This document shows positions 39,671 to 45,408 of a DNA stretch of 45,408 nt, piece by piece; the stretch's first letter is position 1; every line of letters begins with the position of its first letter. The position numbers were made by a program, and so were the translations under genes. The stretch is taken from contig CAIVPQ010000199.1 of NCBI GenBank assembly GCA_903907835.1, positions 1 through 45,408 on the forward strand, written 5' to 3'. Below the pieces are notes generated by a model that saw only the letters and a list, made by a program, of their open reading frames with translations, made no database searches and was not told where the DNA came from. Source of the DNA: an uncultured Actinomycetes bacterium (lineage in GTDB: Bacteria; Actinomycetota; Actinomycetes; S36-B12; UBA5976).

Positions 39671-41923
39671 ATGAGTGAATTGCCAACATACAAAGACCCT
39701 GCTGCTTCGATTGATGAAAGAATCACTGACCTTATTCAGCGGATGACCCTTCCTGAAAAAGTCGGACAAATGTTGCAACTCGATGCCCGCGAGAACATAA
39801 CTGGCTTAATTGCAGATTTTCATGTTGGCTCAATTTTGCACACATCTCCTGAGGACATGATCCTTTCGGCCAAATTAGTGGCCGAAACCCGCTTACAGAT
39901 TCCGCTTCTAACCGCTGATGACTGCATCCACGGACACTCATTTTGGCCAGGAGCAACAATCTTCCCCACTCAACTTTCGATGGCTTCTTCGTGGGATTCA
40001 GATTTGATTGAGCGTGTAGCGCGCGTCACTGCAGTAGAGGTTTCTGCAACTGGTCTGCATTGGACCTTCTCCCCCGTACTTTGTATCGCTCGGGATCTTC
40101 GTTGGGGACGTGTTGGTGAGACATTCGGTGAAGACCCATTCCTTATCGGCGAGATGGGTGTTGCTATGGTTCGCGGATACCAAGGCGCTGGGCTTGATGA
40201 TGAAACGGCAATCTTGGCCTGTGCGAAACACTACGTTGGATACTCAGAAACTCAAGGTGGTCGCGATGCAACCGAAGCAGACTTGAGTCCGCGTAAGTTA
40301 CGTTCTTGGTTCTTGCCACCATTTGAGCGCGCTGCCCGTGAGGGTTGTCGTACATTCATGCTGGGCTATCAGGCCATCGATGGTGTGCCAATCACAATGA
40401 ATAAGTGGGCACTAAATGATGTGCTCAAGAATGAATGGGGTTTCACTGGAACCTTAATTACTGACTGGGACAACGTAGGTCGAATGGTTTGGGAACAACA
40501 GATTCAACCTGACCATGCATCTGCTGCAACGGCTGCAGTTCTTGCGGGCAATGACTTAGTTATGACTACACCCGGATTCTTCGAAGGTGCTCAAGAGGCA
40601 ATCTCTCGCGGAATGATTACCGAGGCTCACATTGATGCTGCGGTCACCCGAATTCTTCGTCTGAAATTTGAATTAGGTCTTTTTGAAAATCCGCGTCTAC
40701 CTGATGCAGTTCGCCAGGCAGTTGTTATTGGCTCACCGGAACACAGTGACTTGAACCTTGAGGTAGCTCGACGTTCACTTGTCCTACTCCAAAATGATGG
40801 CACTTTGCCTATTTCGCCTAGTACAACAGGTGCTAAGAAGATTGCTGTTGTTGGTCCAAATGCTCATGACCAGCATGCGCAACTTGGTGACTGGGCTGGA
40901 GCATCTGGCCAAGTTGATTGGATGCCAGATGGTCATCCGCGTCACCTAACCCAAACTGTTTTTGATGGTTTGAAACTCATTGCCCCTAGTGACTGGGAAG
41001 TCACCTACAACCAAGGTGCAGACATCGCAATCTTGACCCCAGACCCAGAAGGCGAAACATTTGCTGACGGTCAGCCACGTCCACCGATTGCCGCACCTGC
41101 ACCAGTCGATGCGGACATGATTGCCGAAGCCGTTGCTGCAGCCAATGAGGCTGACTACGTAGTAGCAGTTGTCGGCGACATGATTGCCTTGATCGGCGAA
41201 GGACGATCAACTGCGACACTGGAACTATTCGGCGCACAGAATGCTTTGCTTGATGCACTTGCCGCAACAGGCAAGCCAATGATTGTCGTGCTGATCAGTT
41301 CAAAGCCACAGATTCTTCCTGAATCTGCCCTTAACGCTGCAGCAATTATCAATGCCTTTAATCCAGGTATGCGCGGTGGAACAGCTATTGCCGAAATGAT
41401 CTTTGGCGAAATTGAACCAAGTGGACGCTTGCCGATTACCTTTGCTCGTCACGCTGGACAACAGCCGATTTATTACAACCAACTGCGTGGACAACATGGA
41501 CATCGCTACGCGGATCTGACTCAAGATCCGATGTTCGCATTCGGCGAGGGACTATCGTATTCACACGTTGAGTACAGCAACTTAGTGATTACCAAAACTG
41601 AGCTAACTCGCGCTGACACAATCGATGCGCAAATCACTTTGACTAATACTGGGTCGCGACCATCACTTGAAACTGTGCAAATCTATTTCAGCGACTTGGT
41701 AACTAGCATCACTTGGGCTGATAAGGAACTAAAGGGCTACGAGCAAGTTCTTGTCGGACCTGGTGAAACTAAAGTCATTGACCTTAAATTGCCAGTAGCA
41801 GATTGCACAATTGTTGACGCCGATTCCAACAGGATTGTTGAACTCGGGGAATTCGCGTTGTTGGTTGGTCGCAGTTCACGAAATCGTGACCTACAACGCG
41901 CTTTGTTTACAGTGACTAGTTAG
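39671..41923 (+). CDS. Glycoside hydrolase family 3 beta-glucosidase, no signal peptide
   Basis: KHYVGYSETQGGRD motif and nucleophile region GFTGTLITDW, with a C-terminal fibronectin-like domain, 750 aa. The N-terminus is MSELPTYKDPAASIDERI, with no hydrophobic leader. Confidence 0.85.
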   Translation: MSELPTYKDPAASIDERITDLIQRMTLPEKVGQMLQLDARENITGLIADFHVGSILHTSPEDMILSAKLVAETRLQIPLLTADDCIHGHSFWPGATIFPTQLSMASSWDSDLIERVARVTAVEVSATGLHWTFSPVLCIARDLRWGRVGETFGEDPFLIGEMGVAMVRGYQGAGLDDETAILACAKHYVGYSETQGGRDATEADLSPRKLRSWFLPPFERAAREGCRTFMLGYQAIDGVPITMNKWALNDVLKNEWGFTGTLITDWDNVGRMVWEQQIQPDHASAATAAVLAGNDLVMTTPGFFEGAQEAISRGMITEAHIDAAVTRILRLKFELGLFENPRLPDAVRQAVVIGSPEHSDLNLEVARRSLVLLQNDGTLPISPSTTGAKKIAVVGPNAHDQHAQLGDWAGASGQVDWMPDGHPRHLTQTVFDGLKLIAPSDWEVTYNQGADIAILTPDPEGETFADGQPRPPIAAPAPVDADMIAEAVAAANEADYVVAVVGDMIALIGEGRSTATLELFGAQNALLDALAATGKPMIVVLISSKPQILPESALNAAAIINAFNPGMRGGTAIAEMIFGEIEPSGRLPITFARHAGQQPIYYNQLRGQHGHRYADLTQDPMFAFGEGLSYSHVEYSNLVITKTELTRADTIDAQITLTNTGSRPSLETVQIYFSDLVTSITWADKELKGYEQVLVGPGETKVIDLKLPVADCTIVDADSNRIVELGEFALLVGRSSRNRDLQRALFTVTS

Positions 41924-41936
41924 TAGTTAGCAACTA

Positions 41937-43625
41937 CTAGTCGCAAACTGCGCCTTTTGATGCACTACCAACGAGCTTTGAGTACTTAGCCAGAACGCCA
42001 CGGTCATACTTGTGCGGCAAAGGCTGCCAAGTATTGCGACGTTCTTGCAGTTCGGCTTCGTCCACGAGCAAATCAAGGGTTCCACTTGGAATGTCGATTC
42101 GAATGCGATCGCCATCGCGAACTAAGCCGATTGCGCCACCATCAAGTGCTTCAGGTGAAACGTGACCAACACAAAGCCCGGTTGTGCCCCCACTAAAGCG
42201 GCCATCAGTAATGAGCAGAACATCTTTACCAAGTCCCGCGCCCTTAATCGCGGCCGTGATCATCAACATCTCGCGCATACCTGGACCACCCTTTGGTCCC
42301 TCGTAGCGGATGATTACAACGTCACCGGCTTGGATGCCACCATCTTCAAGAGCATCCATTGCTGCGCGCTCACGTTCAAAGACTTTGGCTGGACCTTCGA
42401 AGATATCAACTGGAATGCCGGCGCTCTTAGTAACTGCGCCATCAGGTGCGAGCGATCCACGCAGAACTGTGATGCCACCAACTCCACCCAGTGGGCTATT
42501 CATTGCATGCAAGATGTCGCCATCTGGATCTGGCGAATCGATGTCGGCAAGATTTTCTGCGACAGTCTTTCCAGTCACAGTCATGCAATCGCCATGGATA
42601 AGCCCAGCATCGAAAAGTGCGCGCATAATTACGGGAACGCCACCGACTCGATCTACGTCACTCATGACATATCGACCAAATGGCTTAACATCTGCAAGCA
42701 ATGGAACCTTGGCCCCGATTCTCTTGAAGTCATCGAGTGACAAATCCACATTTGCTTCATGAGCAATAGCAAGAAGGTGAAGCACTGCGTTAGTTGAGCC
42801 ACCAAATGCCATCACAACTGCAATCGCATTTTCTAGTGATTTCTTAGTAATGATGTCGCGAGCGGTGATTCCTAAACGTATGAGATTTACTACCGCTTCA
42901 CCTGAAGCTATTGCGTATCCATCACGACGACGATCTACCGCTGGTGGGGCTGCTGAACCCGGAAGTGACATTCCCATTGCCTCAGCAGCTGACGCCATTG
43001 TGTTTGCCGTGTACATGCCGCCACAAGCACCTTCACCTGGGCAGATTGCGCGTTCAATACGGTCAACATCTTCTTCGCTCATTAGTCCACGCGCACAAGC
43101 ACCTACTGCCTCAAAGGCATCAATAATTGTTACATCGCGATTTGAACCATCGGACAGAGTTACATTTCCAGGCAGGATTGAACCGGCATAAACAAAAACA
43201 CTGGCCACATCAAGGCGGGCGGCGGACATCAACATACCCGGAAGTGATTTGTCGCAACCAGCAAAGTTAACCATGCCATCAAGGCGTTCCGCATTCATCA
43301 CAGTCTCAACGGAATCTGCGATAACTTCGCGACTCACTAGGGAGAAATGCATTCCTTCGTGACCCATTGATATGCCATCGGAGACTGAAATAGTGCCAAA
43401 TTGCATCGGGAAACCGCCAGCAGCTAAAACACCTTCTTTAGACGCTTTAGCCAAACGATCAAGAGAGAGATTGCAAGGGGTGATTTCATTCCACGACGAG
43501 GCGATGCCAATTTGTGGCTTGACCCAATCGTCATCGCCCATTCCGACTGCGCGCAGCATGCCGCGTGCTGCGGTGCGTTCTAATCCATCGGTTACTTGCT
43601 TACTGCGTGGCTTCATATCTGACAT
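41937..43625 (-). CDS. ilvD: Dihydroxy-acid dehydratase
   Basis: [13 protein letters not shown] motif and IlvD/Edd-family length (562 aa). Confidence 0.93.
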   Translation of the reverse strand: MSDMKPRSKQVTDGLERTAARGMLRAVGMGDDDWVKPQIGIASSWNEITPCNLSLDRLAKASKEGVLAAGGFPMQFGTISVSDGISMGHEGMHFSLVSREVIADSVETVMNAERLDGMVNFAGCDKSLPGMLMSAARLDVASVFVYAGSILPGNVTLSDGSNRDVTIIDAFEAVGACARGLMSEEDVDRIERAICPGEGACGGMYTANTMASAAEAMGMSLPGSAAPPAVDRRRDGYAIASGEAVVNLIRLGITARDIITKKSLENAIAVVMAFGGSTNAVLHLLAIAHEANVDLSLDDFKRIGAKVPLLADVKPFGRYVMSDVDRVGGVPVIMRALFDAGLIHGDCMTVTGKTVAENLADIDSPDPDGDILHAMNSPLGGVGGITVLRGSLAPDGAVTKSAGIPVDIFEGPAKVFERERAAMDALEDGGIQAGDVVIIRYEGPKGGPGMREMLMITAAIKGAGLGKDVLLITDGRFSGGTTGLCVGHVSPEALDGGAIGLVRDGDRIRIDIPSGTLDLLVDEAELQERRNTWQPLPHKYDRGVLAKYSKLVGSASKGAVCD

Positions 43626-43710
43626 GAGACAAATCTATCGCGTAGAGGCAGTACAACTGAATTGAACCGACTCCAGAGCCAAATGCGCCACTTTGTGACA
43701 CGATAAGCAA

Positions 43711-45153
43711 ATGAATGACCCACACATGGCCAGTGCGGATATTGGTTTTAGCAGCGCGGAAAGTTTGCTTGAGGGCTTAACCAATCGTCAGTTCACAAGT
43801 GTGGAATTAGTCAATGCATTTCTTGAACGTATCTCGGCTATTGATGCACCTGATCAAGGCTTGAATTCAATCTTGGCGCTGAATGCCAATGCCCTCGAGC
43901 AAGCCAGCGTGCTCGATAAAAGTGAAAACGTAGGCCCATTACATGGACTACCAATTGTGATCAAGGACAACATTCAGGCAATTGGACTTCCCGCGACTGC
44001 AGGTTCATTGGCTCTGGCAAATCGCCCGGTAACTCAAGATGCCGAACTTGTAGCCAGACTTCGTAAAGCTGGTGCGGTCATTTTAGGTGCGACGAATTTA
44101 TCCGAATGGGCAAACATTCGCTCGTCAATGTCCACTAGCGGTTGGTCCGCGGTTGGCGGCTTGACGGCAAATCCATGGAAATACAAATACAGCGCAGGTG
44201 GCTCATCGTCTGGATCAGGTGCAAGTGTCGCAGCGGGCTTAACACCACTGGCAGTTGGCACTGAAACCGATGGCTCGATTGTTTGCCCAGCTTCATTTAA
44301 TGGCTGCGTTGGAATCAAACCAACAGTTGGTGTCGTTTCGCGGGATGGAGTTGTGCCGATTAGTAATAGTCAAGACTCCCCCGGTTCCATGGCGAGGTCA
44401 GTAAGAGATGCTGCTCTACTCCTTGAAGTTCTAAGTGGACAGAGTGGATTTGTAGATGTTTGCGAAAATAGCGATGCGTTTCGAGTTGGCATAGTTGGCG
44501 AGTGGTTAAGTAATGACGATCAAGCCAACGCGCTTTTTGCAGACACCTGTGCTGTTTTTGCAAAAGCAGGAATACTTCTGAGCGAAATATCCATTCCTAA
44601 GATGAGTGAAGAAGTGGGTGAAGACGAGGGAACTGTTTTATTCCACGAACATGTAGAAGACCTTGACGCCTATTTATTGACACGAGCAGGTAGCGGCGTG
44701 ACTTCATTGGCCGATGTCATCGAATTCAATTCTGCGAACAGTGACGATGAACTGAAATATTTTCACCAAGATTATCTTGAGCTTGCGGCAGACTCCGGTG
44801 GTCGTAATGCCAAATACACTCAAGCCAGGAAGCGCAATCTTGATTGGGCCTTGAACAAAGTTTTGCTTCCGGCGATTTCTCAGGTAGATGTCCTAATAGG
44901 CGTTCCCTATGGGCCGGCATGGCTCAGCACATTGGGCCTGGGTGATGATTTTAGTAAGGCTGGTTGGATGACTCACGCCCCAGCAATTGCTGGTTGGCCC
45001 ATCGGTTCAATTCCGATGGGATTAGTTGATGGTTTGCCAATTGGGCTTGGTATTACCGCACGCGCACATGACGAGCATGGCTTGATAAGAGCGATGTCCA
45101 TTATGGAAAAAGCTTTAGGTTTTGGCGTGATGCGACCGAACTTTATTCGCTAA
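43711..45153 (+). CDS. Amidase-signature family amidase
   Basis: AS motif [14 protein letters not shown] with catalytic Lys context VIKDNIQ, 480 aa. Confidence 0.85.
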   Translation: MNDPHMASADIGFSSAESLLEGLTNRQFTSVELVNAFLERISAIDAPDQGLNSILALNANALEQASVLDKSENVGPLHGLPIVIKDNIQAIGLPATAGSLALANRPVTQDAELVARLRKAGAVILGATNLSEWANIRSSMSTSGWSAVGGLTANPWKYKYSAGGSSSGSGASVAAGLTPLAVGTETDGSIVCPASFNGCVGIKPTVGVVSRDGVVPISNSQDSPGSMARSVRDAALLLEVLSGQSGFVDVCENSDAFRVGIVGEWLSNDDQANALFADTCAVFAKAGILLSEISIPKMSEEVGEDEGTVLFHEHVEDLDAYLLTRAGSGVTSLADVIEFNSANSDDELKYFHQDYLELAADSGGRNAKYTQARKRNLDWALNKVLLPAISQVDVLIGVPYGPAWLSTLGLGDDFSKAGWMTHAPAIAGWPIGSIPMGLVDGLPIGLGITARAHDEHGLIRAMSIMEKALGFGVMRPNFIR

Positions 45154-45408
45154 CTCCCAGACGCTCAAACAAAAGTTCGCGAACTCGCGCAGCATCTGCT
45201 TGACCTCGAGTCGCTTTCATAACCGCACCGACAACTGAGCCAGCGGCAGCGAGCTTGCCTGACTTGATGGTTTCAACAACGGCAGGATCTGCTGCCAAAG
45301 CCGCATCGATAGCTTCAATTAATGGACCATCATCAGAGACCACAGCAAGTCCACGTCCAGCCACAATTGAATCAACATCTCCTTCGCCAGCAATCAATCC
45401 ATCGAGTA
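45143..45408 (-). CDS. gatB: Asp/Glu-tRNA amidotransferase subunit B, C-terminal part (gene continues beyond the right edge)
   Basis: ...[74 protein letters not shown] matches the GatB YqeY-like tail. The frame stays open to position 45408. Its stop overlaps the convergent amidase end by 11 nt. Confidence 0.8.
   Translation of the reverse strand, partial: LDGLIAGEGDVDSIVAGRGLAVVSDDGPLIEAIDAALAADPAVVETIKSGKLAAAGSVVGAVMKATRGQADAARVRELLFERLGVSE

Noticed and set aside
41921-41940. A hairpin, TAGTAGTT-AGC-AACTACTA, that contains the stop codons of both convergent genes (GH3 and ilvD).
   Set aside because: It is only 8 bp, AT-rich and has no U-tract. It may be a by-product of the two TAG stops, and it is too weak to call a terminator.
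45143-45153. An 11-nt overlap between the convergent amidase and gatB 3' ends.
   Set aside because: Convergent stop overlaps are common in compact genomes, and no functional element is evident.

Overview
This window is 45.4 kb of an actinobacterial chromosome of moderate G+C; the organism cannot be named from the sequence alone. The backbone is the conserved actinobacterial block recG, yloV/rpmB, thiL, ddl ... gpsA, plsC, hup, leuDC, IclR regulator, tRNA-Glu/tRNA-Gln, gltX, FAH, (cimA, ilvE), leuB / leuA, serA-like, ilvCNB, ilvD ... gatB. Nearly the whole branched-chain amino-acid pathway therefore sits in one window. Four accessory modules are wedged into this backbone. (1) 6.1-10.2 kb holds a Cys/Met PLP enzyme, an orphan OmpR-type response regulator whose phospho-acceptor Asp is replaced by Ser, and a three-gene operon of two TasA-like proteins plus a SipW-type signal peptidase. 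This operon is a candidate extracellular fibre system and my top pick for an undescribed system. (2) 26.3-35.9 kb holds a NadR-like NMN adenylyltransferase, a ~2540-aa LAFTG-anchored surface protein and an adjacent class-E-like sortase. The surface protein has a VWA/MIDAS head, 13 tandem CnaB/SpaA-like repeats (12 of them in exact 282-nt register) and DUF11-like domains. (3) A NIL-domain mini-protein is translationally coupled to leuA and is followed by a pirin. (4) A cytoplasmic GH3 beta-glucosidase and an amidase are also present. Other features are a 13-codon Leu-Leu-Leu leader peptide overlapping a GC-rich hairpin upstream of leuA, two tRNAs and several intrinsic terminators. I saw no transposase, integrase, CRISPR array, toxin-antitoxin pair or recognisable defence gene. 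All functional calls rest on motif recognition by eye and on recalled family knowledge; no database search was possible.
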